From contig CAVVDC010000008.1 in the NCBI GenBank assembly GCA_963746855.1, forward strand, positions 21,115 through 85,114: a stretch of DNA of 64,000 bases, given 5' to 3'. The position numbers were made by a program, and so were the translations under genes. The stretch is from an uncultured Chloroflexia bacterium. GTDB lineage: Bacteria; Chloroflexota; Limnocylindria; Limnocylindrales; CSP1-4. The notes beneath the pieces are model-generated. The model was not told the origin of the DNA and did not search any database. It was given only the letters and a program-made list of their open reading frames with translations. This document shows positions 26,006 through 35,482 of this stretch, in pieces. Position 1 is the first letter of the stretch. Each line of letters starts with the position of its first letter.

Positions 26006-26035
26006 AGTGTAACAAGGCGCCAAACGGTGGGTCAA
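26006..26035 (-). promoter_or_regulatory. Sigma70 promoter of hppA
   Basis: TTGACC-N18-TACACT with extended TG. Confidence 0.65.
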
Positions 26036-26135
26036 ACCCACGCGTTCCAGGGGATTATGCAGCCCGGTTTCGGCCGACGGCGGTCCGGCTGGACAGCCCC
26101 TATACTGCCGGACTTGTGAGCCACCGACCCATCTC

Positions 26136-26738
26136 GTGAGCGGACGACCCGCCCTCGGGTGTCTCCTCGAGATCGTCGAGACGCTCGTCCTCACGCTCGT
26201 CATCTTCTTCGTCATCCAGACCTTCGTCGCTCAGCCCTACCAGGTCAAGCAACAGTCGATGGAACGGACGCTGGAGCCCGGTGAGTACGTGCTGGTCGAC
26301 AAGCTGACGCCCCGGATCGACACCTACAAGCGGGGCGACATCGTCGTCTTCAAGCCGCCGCCCGACTGGGTCCAGCCGGACAACACGCCGTTCATCAAGC
26401 GGGTCATCGGCGTCGGCGGCGACACGATCGAGGTCCGGGACGACGGCCGCGTGTACGTGAATGGCATCGCCATCGACGAACCGTACCTGTACGCCGACGT
26501 CGAGGGCGGTGAGCCCGAACCGACCGAAGCGGATCCCGACTCGAACAGCTGGGCCGTGCCCGAGGGCGAACTCTTCCTGATGGGCGACCATCGCTCGAAC
26601 TCCGCCGATTCCCGAGCCTTCGGCTCGGTCCCGGTCGACAACGTGATCGGCCGGGCGTGGTTGCGGTACTGGCCGGCGGACACGTTCGGGGTCCTCCAAA
26701 CGCCGACCTACCCGGAGCTGGCACCGGCCACCCCATGA
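26136..26738 (+). CDS. lepB: Signal peptidase I
   Basis: SMERTL (catalytic Ser), FIKRVIG (Lys), MGDHRSNSADSR; TATACT at 26101. Confidence 0.95.
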   Translation: MSGRPALGCLLEIVETLVLTLVIFFVIQTFVAQPYQVKQQSMERTLEPGEYVLVDKLTPRIDTYKRGDIVVFKPPPDWVQPDNTPFIKRVIGVGGDTIEVRDDGRVYVNGIAIDEPYLYADVEGGEPEPTEADPDSNSWAVPEGELFLMGDHRSNSADSRAFGSVPVDNVIGRAWLRYWPADTFGVLQTPTYPELAPATP

Positions 26739-27445
26739 ACCCGGCCCTGGCGGGGGTCGCCCTCGCCATCACGGTCGGCGCCATCGTGGCCGTCTCGACC
26801 CGGGACGCCCGCGCTGCCGTGCTCGGCCTTGCCATCGCCATGGTCGGCGCGCCCATCCTGGCCGATCCCATGGCGGACCCGACGGCGCTGGCCGCACGCG
26901 TCGTCGGTGCCGTCCTGGCCGCGTACCTGCTCTGGATCGCGGTCCGCGACGGCGAGTGGGGCACGGGCGGCTCGCGTCTTGGTTGGGCGGCGGAGGCGTC
27001 TGTCGCGGCCGCGGCCGCCATCGCCGGGTATGGGACGCACGGCCTGGGGGCCCCCGCCCTGGGACCGGCGCTCGCGCAGGCCGCCGGGTTCGCGCTCGCG
27101 GCGCTCGCGGTCACACCGCTGGTGACCGGGCGGGATCTCGTCCGGATCGGGATCGGCCTGCTGCTCCTGACCCACGGCGCGCTCCTGGTCCGCGTCGCCC
27201 TCGGCGGGACGCCGACGTCCCTGGAGCAACTCGTCACGGCCGGTCTCGTCGTCGGGCTCGGTGGGGCGGTGGCCGTCCTCGCCAGCGCCGCTCGCCGGGA
27301 CGGGGCCGAGGGCTTCGAGCTGGAACCGGAAGGCCGGACGCGGGTGCCACGATTCCTGCCGCGTCGGCTGCCGGCACGGACGGCCGGCCGGTCCGACGAG
27401 CCTGCCAAGCGGGCGCCGTACGCCCATCCGCTCGAGCGGCCATGA
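26735..27445 (+). CDS. Multi-pass membrane protein, distantly NuoJ/K-, MrpB/C- or HyfE-like
   Basis: About 7 hydrophobic helices; RDLVRIGIGLLLLTHG resembles MrpC/NuoK; ATGA overlaps at both ends. Confidence 0.6.
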   Translation: MNPALAGVALAITVGAIVAVSTRDARAAVLGLAIAMVGAPILADPMADPTALAARVVGAVLAAYLLWIAVRDGEWGTGGSRLGWAAEASVAAAAAIAGYGTHGLGAPALGPALAQAAGFALAALAVTPLVTGRDLVRIGIGLLLLTHGALLVRVALGGTPTSLEQLVTAGLVVGLGGAVAVLASAARRDGAEGFELEPEGRTRVPRFLPRRLPARTAGRSDEPAKRAPYAHPLERP

Positions 27446-28992
27446 ACCTCGTCCTGTTCCTGGTCGTCACGTTCGGCGCCGCAACGATCGCGTTCCTCGG
27501 GCGGGGTCGGGCGGGCGTCGCCAACGGCGTCGGCATCGCCGGACTCGCGGTCGCCGTGCTCGTGGCGCTCACGATGGATCCGGCGGCGACGTTCACGATC
27601 GGCGGGACCGTGATCGTCGCATCGGACTACGTCCGGCTGTTCCTGATCCTGGGCTCGATCGTCGGGCTGGCACTCGCGGTCAGCGGGCTGGCCGCGGGCT
27701 CGAGTCGCGACGCCCCGGCCGTGATGCTCGGCACGCTGGGCGGCAGCGGGCTCGCCCTCTCGCTGCCGGACCCCCGGATCGCGGTCCTGGCGGCGACGGC
27801 CGCCGGACTCGGCGGCGTCGTGCTGACCCTGACACCGACCGGCGGCCGGATCGGGGCGACCGCGGGTATGCGGGCGCTCCGGGCGCTCGTGGTCGCCGGG
27901 GCGATGGCGATCGCGGCGACCGCCTGGATCGGGCGCGACCTGAGCCAGCTGGCCGCCCAACCGGTCGTCTTCGGGCTCGCCTACCTCGCATTCGCGGTGG
28001 CCGTCGCGATCCGTTTCGGGGCCATCCCATTCCACGTCTGGGCCGCCCGCCTGACCGACGCCGTCCCGGAGGCCGCGCTGCCGGTCGTGACCGCATGGGG
28101 TCCGGCCGCCTTCGCGGTGGTCGCGCTGGCGTGGGTCGACGGCTCGGTCGCGCCGCTGCTCGTGGAGATGGACGCCGAACGGGCCATCATCGTCGCGATC
28201 GGGGTCGCCTCGATCGTCCTGTCGGCGTTCGCCGCCTGGATCCAGGACGACCTCGAACACGTGGTCGGCTATTCGATCATCGGTGACGCCGGCGTGGTGC
28301 TGCTGGCGATTGCCGCCCTCGATCCGGCGGCCTGGGCGCCGGCTCGCACCTGGATCCTCGCCTACGTCGTGACCCGGAGCGCCTTCGCGGCGTGGGCCGC
28401 GTCCATGCGGGCGACGTTCGGCACCGGCCGCATCCCCGAGATGCGCGGGTGGGCGATCCGCGCGCCCGTCCTGGCGGTCGCGTTCGGGGTGATCGTCGTG
28501 GCCGGGATCGGCCTGCCGGGCCTCGCGGCGTTCGAGGCACGCCGGGCACTCGTCGACCTGGCGCTCGGCAGTCCGCTGCAGATCCTCGTGTTCCTCGGCA
28601 CGTTCGCACCGCTCGCCTACTACGGGCGCCTGCTGGCCATCGGGCTCTTCCGACCGGAACGCGTCGGCGAAGGCGGGATGGCGGGTCGACCCCACCGGAC
28701 GCCGGTCGATCTCAACGACGTGCGCGGCTCGATCCGAACGTTCTGGGCGGCGAATCGGGCCGCGTCATCGGTCCTCGTGGCGAGCCTGACGGCGATCCTG
28801 GCCCTCACGGTCTCCGCCGGTGGCCTGGGCGTGCCGGCGGCGGCGGCGGGCCTGCCCCCGGGTCTCGAAGGTCCGAGCGAGTCCTTCGTGCCGGAGCCCG
28901 GGCCGACGTTCGACGAGTCGTTTCCGATCGACTCCGGGGTACCGAACGAGAACCCGGGCGGACCGTCGTTCCAGCCCGTTCCCACCGACTGA
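27442..28992 (+). CDS. Proton-conducting transporter family protein (NuoN/MrpD-like), divergent
   Basis: About 14 TM helices; RFGAIPFHVW, QDDLEHVVGYSII, GLPGLAAF motifs. Confidence 0.75.
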   Translation: MNLVLFLVVTFGAATIAFLGRGRAGVANGVGIAGLAVAVLVALTMDPAATFTIGGTVIVASDYVRLFLILGSIVGLALAVSGLAAGSSRDAPAVMLGTLGGSGLALSLPDPRIAVLAATAAGLGGVVLTLTPTGGRIGATAGMRALRALVVAGAMAIAATAWIGRDLSQLAAQPVVFGLAYLAFAVAVAIRFGAIPFHVWAARLTDAVPEAALPVVTAWGPAAFAVVALAWVDGSVAPLLVEMDAERAIIVAIGVASIVLSAFAAWIQDDLEHVVGYSIIGDAGVVLLAIAALDPAAWAPARTWILAYVVTRSAFAAWAASMRATFGTGRIPEMRGWAIRAPVLAVAFGVIVVAGIGLPGLAAFEARRALVDLALGSPLQILVFLGTFAPLAYYGRLLAIGLFRPERVGEGGMAGRPHRTPVDLNDVRGSIRTFWAANRAASSVLVASLTAILALTVSAGGLGVPAAAAGLPPGLEGPSESFVPEPGPTFDESFPIDSGVPNENPGGPSFQPVPTD

Positions 28993-29153
28993 GGCGACCG
29001 GGCGGCTCGCTTGGTCGCACGTCTCAGGTGCCGAACCGTCACGAACGAGCGTGAACCAGCCACTGATCCGGCCGTTTCGGCATCCTGGGGGATGGACCGC
29101 GAGGAACTCGTCGCGGGACCGCACCTGGTGGGTGCGCGACCGGGCGGATCCGG

Positions 29154-29621
29154 TCACTCGGCCGGGGCAAGCACCCAGCGGTCGACGTCGCGGTCGTAGT
29201 CGTGGAGTTCCTCGGGCCGGAACCATAGCCCGAGCTCGGTCACGGCGGCCTCGGGACCATCCGAGGCGTGGACGATGTTCTGCGCCGTCTCGAGGGCGAA
29301 GTCACCGCGGATCGTGCCAGGGGCCGCCTCGTGTGGGCGGGTCGCCCCGTTGATGGCGCGCACGACCGCGATCGCGTTCGGGCCGTCCAGCGCGGCAGCC
29401 ACGAGCGGCGCCGAGGTGATGAACTCGACAAGCCCCGCAAAGAAAGGCTTCTCGCGATGAGCGGCGTAGTGCGCCTCGGCGAGCGCCGCATCGACCTGGA
29501 CGAGCTTCAAGCCGACGACCTTGAGGCCGCGCTCCTCGTAGCGCGCGAGGATGCGGCCGACCAGCTGGCGCTGGACGCCGTCGGGCTTGATGAGAACGAG
29601 GGTCCGTTCAGTGGATGGCAT
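29154..29621 (-). CDS. ndk: Nucleoside diphosphate kinase
   Basis: ERTLVLIKPDGV, PGTIRGDF, NIVHASD. Confidence 0.97.
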   Translation of the reverse strand: MPSTERTLVLIKPDGVQRQLVGRILARYEERGLKVVGLKLVQVDAALAEAHYAAHREKPFFAGLVEFITSAPLVAAALDGPNAIAVVRAINGATRPHEAAPGTIRGDFALETAQNIVHASDGPEAAVTELGLWFRPEELHDYDRDVDRWVLAPAE

Positions 29622-29688
29622 GACGTCCTTGGGTGATGGATTCGGGTTGGACGGCCGATATCGTATCGGATGGTCGACGACGCGAGGG

Positions 29689-31347
29689 TCAGCGGTCGTC
29701 GTCGTGCCACTCGTCCTCATCGACGCGCCAGCCGCCCTCGTCGTCCCGCCAACCCGTGTCGCGATCGGGTTCGGACGATTCGACTGACTCGGCCGGCGGC
29801 TCGGGTTGGGCCGGCCAGGCGGGCTCGGGCACGGCCTCGGTCGGCTCCGTCGGCGACTCCGTGAGTGGCTCGGCGATCGGCGCGACCTCGACCGGCCGAT
29901 CGGGCTCCGCCAGCGCCTCGAGCCACCAGGCCGACGCCGCCGGCAGGCGCGGGGCTTCGCGATCGTGCTCGTGCTCGAGGGGGGCGGGTGTCGGGGTGGG
30001 CGGCGTCTTGGCGATCCCCATGGCGGCCGCATAGGAGCGCCTCGCCTCGGTTTCGTGGCCGACGGCTCGATAGGCGTCGCCCTGCACCACGAGCAATCCC
30101 GCATCGACCGGCTCGCCGATCGTGCTCAGGACAGCCGGCGCGAGAGCGGGCGCCAGCCGCACCACCAGGCCGAGCTGGACCGCGGCGGAGGACAGATCCC
30201 CAGCCTCGAGGGCCGCTTGACCGTCGTCGAACAGCGCCGACGGATCGAGGTCGTTCGGACCGACCACCGCGGCCCCGGCCGCGAGCGCAGCCGCCTCGTG
30301 CAGGTCCCACAGTCCCGGCTCGGCCGACGCCCTCTCGGGGTCGGCGCCTGCGGCCAACGCGACCTCGGTGTCGGGCGTGTCGCGATCCTGGTCGCTGGCG
30401 GGCGACGTCTCCTCGCGATCGGCGTCGACGACCGCCTCGGCCCGGTCGGGCGGGAAGAGCGTCGTCGGCGACGGCACGGGCTCGGCCGGGTCGGCGGGCC
30501 AGACACTGGAACGTGGCATGCCCCGGAACACGGGGTCGATCGTGCCCGTGTGCAGGGCGAGCGCACGTCCCGAGAGACGCCGGGCTTCGCTCGGGCGACC
30601 GAGGGCCGAGGCCGCCTCGGCCGCGACGACCAGCGCCACCACCGTATCGCCGCCGCCGGCGAGCGCCTCACGGGCCGCTTCCCCGCCACTGGCCAGGTCG
30701 CCGGTCCGCCAGCGGACTTCCGCCAGGTCGACCCGGGCAGCCGCGTCCAGCGCTCCGCGCCCCGCCAGCATTTCGAGTTCCGACCTGGCGAGCGCCAGCG
30801 AACCGAGCCGGAGATGGAGACCCGCCAGGTCGAGGGCGATGTCCCGGGGTTCGCCGGCTTCGGGCTCGGGCTCGGGCTCGGACGCCGGTCCGGGCGCGGC
30901 TTCGGGTTCGACCGCGGCTTCCGGTTCGGGCTCAGCCGCCGGTTCGGGCTCAGCCGCCGGTTCGGGCTCCGCCGCCGGCTCGGGCTCAGCCGTCGGTTCG
31001 GGCTCAGCCGCTGGGTCGGACGCCATCGCGGGTTCGACCACGGCTTCCGATTCGACCACGGCTTCCGATTCGGGCTCCGGTGCCTGTTCGGACACGGCAT
31101 CTGAATCGACCGCCGACTCCGGCTCGAATGCGGCTTCCGGCTCGGGCACCGGCCCCGGCTCGAACGCCGCCGCCGGTTCGGGCTGCGGCGCCGGCTCGGG
31201 CCGCGGCGCTGGCTCGATCGCCGCTTCCGGCGCGGGCTCCGCCTCCTGTTCGACGGCCACCGGCAGTTCGTCGTTCGCCGGAGGTTCGGGGCCCACCGTC
31301 CACGGTTGGTCCGCGTCCGATCCGGGCGTCGCGTCCTCGTCGACCAT
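29689..31347 (-). CDS. Acidic Ala/Glu/Pro-rich protein with TPR-like helical segments
   Basis: EP-rich disordered N-terminus; helical repeats LDLAGLHLRLG..., LLVVQGDAYRAVG..EARRSY. Confidence 0.65.
   Translation of the reverse strand: MVDEDATPGSDADQPWTVGPEPPANDELPVAVEQEAEPAPEAAIEPAPRPEPAPQPEPAAAFEPGPVPEPEAAFEPESAVDSDAVSEQAPEPESEAVVESEAVVEPAMASDPAAEPEPTAEPEPAAEPEPAAEPEPAAEPEPEAAVEPEAAPGPASEPEPEPEAGEPRDIALDLAGLHLRLGSLALARSELEMLAGRGALDAAARVDLAEVRWRTGDLASGGEAAREALAGGGDTVVALVVAAEAASALGRPSEARRLSGRALALHTGTIDPVFRGMPRSSVWPADPAEPVPSPTTLFPPDRAEAVVDADREETSPASDQDRDTPDTEVALAAGADPERASAEPGLWDLHEAAALAAGAAVVGPNDLDPSALFDDGQAALEAGDLSSAAVQLGLVVRLAPALAPAVLSTIGEPVDAGLLVVQGDAYRAVGHETEARRSYAAAMGIAKTPPTPTPAPLEHEHDREAPRLPAASAWWLEALAEPDRPVEVAPIAEPLTESPTEPTEAVPEPAWPAQPEPPAESVESSEPDRDTGWRDDEGGWRVDEDEWHDDDR
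30921..31010 (-). repeat. 18-bp tandem repeat, 5 copies (encodes AAEPEP)
   Basis: Unit ccggttcgggctcagccg at 30921, 30939, 30957, 30975 and 30993 with at most one mismatch; related ttcgaccacggcttccga x2 nearby. Confidence 0.9.
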
Positions 31348-31359
31348 CGTCGGTCCCGG

Positions 31360-32628
31360 TCAGGCGGGCAGGCGGAGCTTCGACTCCAGCCTGCGAAGGT
31401 GCCGGGCCGGGGCCACGACCGCAAGCCGAAGGCCATCGTCGCGGATAAGCCTGCCGGCGAGCTCCTGGACGGCCGCTGCCGTCACGGCCATCACCGCCTC
31501 GAGGGCCTCGTCGAGCGTCAGCACCCGGTCGTGGAGCGCCTCCTGCCCGCCGATCCACGAAGCGACGTGACGCGTGTCGTCCATCCGCAGCTCCATCCCC
31601 CCGGCGAGGTAGCGCTTGGCCTTCTCGAGCTCGTCGTCGGGGATCGGCTCGTCGCGGAGGCGGGCGAGCTCGGCGAGGATGGCCTCGAGCGCGGCCGCGA
31701 TCCCGTCCGGATCGACGCCGGCGGAGATCTCGAGGGCGCCGGCGTCGGCATAGTCGACCAGGCCGGACGACACGTCGTACGCGAGACCGCGCTCCTCGCG
31801 CACGGACAGGAAGAGGCGGCTGCTCATCCCGTCGCCCAGGACGGCGTTGAGCACGGCCAGGGTCCAGCTGTCCGGGTGGTCGCGGTGCAGCGCGGGAAGC
31901 CCGAGGCAGAGCTGGGCCTGCGCCGTGTCGCGCTTGCCGACCGCCACCCGCGGCCCCGCCGGCAGGACCGGCGCCGGTGCGAACCCGGGCAGCTTGCCGT
32001 TGCCCGTCCCGAACGCGGTACCGACGAGGTCCACGGCCTCGCCGTGGGCCAGGTCGCCGGCCAAGGCCACGACCGTATTGGCCGGCCGGTACGCCGTCCG
32101 CCAGAACGACCGGATGGTCTTCGCCGGGAGCGCCCGGATGCCGGCTTCGTCGCCGCAGATCTCGCGCCCGAGCGGGCCATCGCCGAAGAGCGCGGCCTGG
32201 AACAGGATCTGGCAATACTCGGCGGGGTCGTCGAGGTAGGACCGGATCTCCTCGACGATGATCGCGCGTTCGTTCTCGATCTCGCGCGTCGCGAGGGTCG
32301 GGCGCACGATCAGCTCCCCGAGGACGTCGACCGCGCGAGCGGCCTCCCGTCGAGGGACGCGCACCCAGTACACGGTCAATTCGCGGTCGGTCGCGGCGTT
32401 GAAGGAGCCGCCGACGCCCTCGATGGCCTCGCTGATCGCCCGCGTCGAGGGGTACGCCGACGTCCCCTTGAACGTCAGGTGCTCCATGAAATGGGCGACG
32501 CCCGCCTCGTCGTCGGTTTCGAGGCGCGACCCGGCCAGGACGTACGCGGCGATCGAGACTGAGCGAGCCCCGGGCATCCGGGTGCTGATGACGCGCGGCC
32601 CGGAAGCCAGCGCCGTCCGTTCGAACAT
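31360..32628 (-). CDS. M16 (pitrilysin) family Zn-metallopeptidase
   Basis: HFMEH inverted zincin motif, NAAT, GMSSRLF..VREERGLAY. Confidence 0.93.
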   Translation of the reverse strand: MFERTALASGPRVISTRMPGARSVSIAAYVLAGSRLETDDEAGVAHFMEHLTFKGTSAYPSTRAISEAIEGVGGSFNAATDRELTVYWVRVPRREAARAVDVLGELIVRPTLATREIENERAIIVEEIRSYLDDPAEYCQILFQAALFGDGPLGREICGDEAGIRALPAKTIRSFWRTAYRPANTVVALAGDLAHGEAVDLVGTAFGTGNGKLPGFAPAPVLPAGPRVAVGKRDTAQAQLCLGLPALHRDHPDSWTLAVLNAVLGDGMSSRLFLSVREERGLAYDVSSGLVDYADAGALEISAGVDPDGIAAALEAILAELARLRDEPIPDDELEKAKRYLAGGMELRMDDTRHVASWIGGQEALHDRVLTLDEALEAVMAVTAAAVQELAGRLIRDDGLRLAVVAPARHLRRLESKLRLPA

Positions 32629-32703
32629 CGTCGGGATGGTACAGGAACGAGCGGGGCGCCCCGGTCGCTGGGCCAGGGCGCCTCGCAGCCGGTGAGCCGA
32701 CGA

Positions 32704-34044
32704 CTAGATGTAGCCGCTGATGAGGTCCTTGGCGAAGAAGACGACGAACGCGATCGAGACGACCCACATCAGGGGATGGATCTCGCCGGCCTTGCCGCGG
32801 ACGACCTTGATGAGCGTCCAGGTGATGAATCCGGCGCCGATGCCCACGCTGATGTCGTAGGTCAGGGGCATGAGGATCATCGTCAGGAGCGCCGGCAACC
32901 CGTCCTCGATGTTGTTCACATCGATGTCGCGGACCTGGGTGAACATCAGGTAGCCGACAAGGACGAGGGCCGGGGCCGTCGCGACGCCGGGGACGACGCC
33001 GGCCAGCGGCGCGAGGAAGATGGCGAGCAGGAAGAGCACGCCCGTCACGACCGACGTGAAGCCCGTCCGTCCGCCCTCGGCGACGCCGGCGGCGCTCTCG
33101 ATGTAGGTCGTGTTGGACGACGTCCCGGCCACCCCACCGACGAAGGCCGCCACGGAGTCCACGAGCAGGACGCGACCGACGCCCGGCACGCGACCGTCCT
33201 CCTCGGCGAGACCGGCCTCGGCCGCGACGCCGGTGACGGTGCCCATCGTGTCGAAGAAGTCGATCAGCATGATCGAGAAGATCGTGAGGATCGCCGACAG
33301 CACGCCCAGGGTCGCGAACACCTGGAACGGATCCTGGAGGCCGAGGCCGAGCGTCGAGAAGTTCGGCGTCCACGTGAGGGTGTCGACCTTCGACACGCCG
33401 ACGATGATCGAGACGATCGTCGTCGTCAGGATGCTGATGATCAGCGCGGCCTTGACCTTCAGGGCCCACAGGATGATCGTCAGGAACAACCCGAACAGGA
33501 ACACGTACTGGGCCGTTTCCGTGATCGGGCGGAGCGTCACCGCGGGGATGCTTCCGTAGCTCGCTTCCTGGCCGGCGATCAGCCCGCCGTTCGCGAACCC
33601 GATGAACAGGATGAACAGGCCGATCCCGACGCCGATCGAGCGCTTCAGGGCCAGTGGGACCGCGTGCATGATCGCCTCGCGCAAGCCGACGAGCACGAGC
33701 AGGGTGACGACCAGGCCCTCGATGACGATGACGCCCATCGCGCCGGCGGCGTCGAGACCCTGAGCCGTCAGGCTGAAGGCGACGATGGCGTTGATGCCAA
33801 GACCGGCGGCGAGCGCGAACGGGTAGTTCGTCACCAACCCCATCGCGAGCGTCATGATCCCGGCGATCAGGGCCGTGGCGGCCGAGACGGCGATCGGATC
33901 GAGATTGAGTGGCTTGGAGAGGATGCTCGAGTTCACGAAGATGATGTAGGCCATGACCATGAACGTGGTCAGGCCGGCACGCGCCTCGGTGGCGAGGTTC
34001 GTCCCTCGGTCGGCGAACTTGAAATACGACGCGATCGCGTCCAC
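32704..34044 (-). CDS. NCS2 / AzgA-type purine permease
   Basis: AGLTTFMVMAYII, DFFDTMGT, TTYIESAAG..GGRTG; GGAG SD before GTG 34044. Confidence 0.92.
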   Translation of the reverse strand: MDAIASYFKFADRGTNLATEARAGLTTFMVMAYIIFVNSSILSKPLNLDPIAVSAATALIAGIMTLAMGLVTNYPFALAAGLGINAIVAFSLTAQGLDAAGAMGVIVIEGLVVTLLVLVGLREAIMHAVPLALKRSIGVGIGLFILFIGFANGGLIAGQEASYGSIPAVTLRPITETAQYVFLFGLFLTIILWALKVKAALIISILTTTIVSIIVGVSKVDTLTWTPNFSTLGLGLQDPFQVFATLGVLSAILTIFSIMLIDFFDTMGTVTGVAAEAGLAEEDGRVPGVGRVLLVDSVAAFVGGVAGTSSNTTYIESAAGVAEGGRTGFTSVVTGVLFLLAIFLAPLAGVVPGVATAPALVLVGYLMFTQVRDIDVNNIEDGLPALLTMILMPLTYDISVGIGAGFITWTLIKVVRGKAGEIHPLMWVVSIAFVVFFAKDLISGYI

Positions 34045-34145
34045 GCGTTCCACTCCCTCCTGTTCGGAGCGCGCCGACACCCCACGCGGGCTCGGTCCGC
34101 GCTGACGCCTCCCCCCGCCGGACGCGGGTCCGGCCTCCGGATCCG

Positions 34146-34583
34146 CTACTCGTCCTCGTGGGCGTCGAGGCTGAGCAGCTCCATCTGGACGTAGTCCCGC
34201 ATCTCGAAGGCGAGCTGGGTCGGCGCGAACGGCGACCCGTCCTCCGCGCCCGGTCCGACCGGCGCGAACTCCACCACGACCCGCTCGTCACCCTGGACGA
34301 GCGCGTAGACCAGCAGCTGGTCCGGTCGGGTCTCGAACTCGAGATGCTCGAACGAGTCGATGTTGAGGGTGATGGCCAGGGGCGTGAAGTACGTGGAGGT
34401 GTCGTCGGCGTCAACGACGATCCGCTCGACCCAGCCGGTGCCGTGGGCGACGACCTCTCGACCGCGCAGGTACCGGTAGGTGACGGTCTGCTTCAGCAGC
34501 GGTCGGAGCAGGTGGAGCATGTCCGTGCGGCTCGAAACGACTCCCTGGTTCACGAAGAACTTGGCGGCGGCCGAGGTCGTCAC
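34146..34583 (-). CDS. Hypothetical protein
   Basis: Beta-rich 145-aa ORF with typical GC3 bias; divergent from coaX; no family recognised. Confidence 0.65.
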   Translation of the reverse strand: MTTSAAAKFFVNQGVVSSRTDMLHLLRPLLKQTVTYRYLRGREVVAHGTGWVERIVVDADDTSTYFTPLAITLNIDSFEHLEFETRPDQLLVYALVQGDERVVVEFAPVGPGAEDGSPFAPTQLAFEMRDYVQMELLSLDAHEDE

Positions 34584-34669
34584 GGGTCGTCTCCAGGGCA
34601 CGGAGGATGGACGAGTGACGCCGATGGTACCGCACGGCCGGGGGCGTCACGACGCGTATCATCGCGCCC

Positions 34670-35482
34670 ATGCTCCTCGCGCTCGACATCGGCAACACGA
34701 ACGTGACGCTCGGGCTGTTCAAGGCGGGCACGCTCGTCGCGACCCGTCGGGCGGCCACGAACGCCCGAGCGAGCGCGGACGAGTTCGAGGCGCTGCTCGA
34801 CGCGCTCCTGCGGCTCGACGACGCCTCGCTCGCGGACGTATCGGCGATGGTCGCGGCGTCCGTGGTCCCGACGGTGACCGCCGCAGCCGAGGCGGTCGCG
34901 GCCCGGCGCGAGCGACCGCTCCTGCTGGCCACGGTGGGGACGGTCCCACTCGCCGTGCGCGTGGACCGCCCCCAGGAGGTCGGTGCCGATCGCCTGGTCA
35001 ACGCGCTGGCCGCGGGCCGGATCTATGGCACGCCCGCGGTCGTGATCGACTTCGGAACCGCGACGACGCTCGACTGCGTCGCCGCCGACGGCGCCTATGT
35101 CGGTGGCGCCATCGCGCCCGGCCTCGAGCTCGGCCTCGAGGCGCTCGCGTCGCGGACCGCCAAGCTACCGCGGATCGAATTGCGAGCGCCGGACCGGGCG
35201 ATCGGACGGGACACGGTCTCGGCCATGCAGTCGGGCACGGTCTTCGGCTACCAGGCCCTGACCACCGGCCTGCTCGCCCGGGTGCGTGGCGAGCTCGCCG
35301 AGCTGAGCGGCGTCGCCCCGGCCGATGTCCGGGCCATCCTGACCGGTGGGCTGTCGGCCGCGCCGTGGGCCCAGGCCCTGCCCGGCGTCGATGCCATCGA
35401 CCCCGACCTGACGCTCAAGGGCCTGGCCATCCTGCACGCCGAGGTCGTCGCGGGCGAACGACTCGAGCTGGGCCTGCCGTGA
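34670..35482 (+). CDS. coaX: Type III pantothenate kinase
   Basis: LDIGNT, GADR, DFGTATT, GGAIAPG, LTGG, PDLTLKGL. Confidence 0.95.
   Translation: MLLALDIGNTNVTLGLFKAGTLVATRRAATNARASADEFEALLDALLRLDDASLADVSAMVAASVVPTVTAAAEAVAARRERPLLLATVGTVPLAVRVDRPQEVGADRLVNALAAGRIYGTPAVVIDFGTATTLDCVAADGAYVGGAIAPGLELGLEALASRTAKLPRIELRAPDRAIGRDTVSAMQSGTVFGYQALTTGLLARVRGELAELSGVAPADVRAILTGGLSAAPWAQALPGVDAIDPDLTLKGLAILHAEVVAGERLELGLP

Noticed and set aside
30921-31070. Tandem repeats as a possible CRISPR array
   Set aside because: No spacers, in-frame 18-bp coding units, and no cas genes
34054-34145. Purine riboswitch upstream of the NCS2 permease
   Set aside because: Short GC-rich spacer without the purine aptamer core
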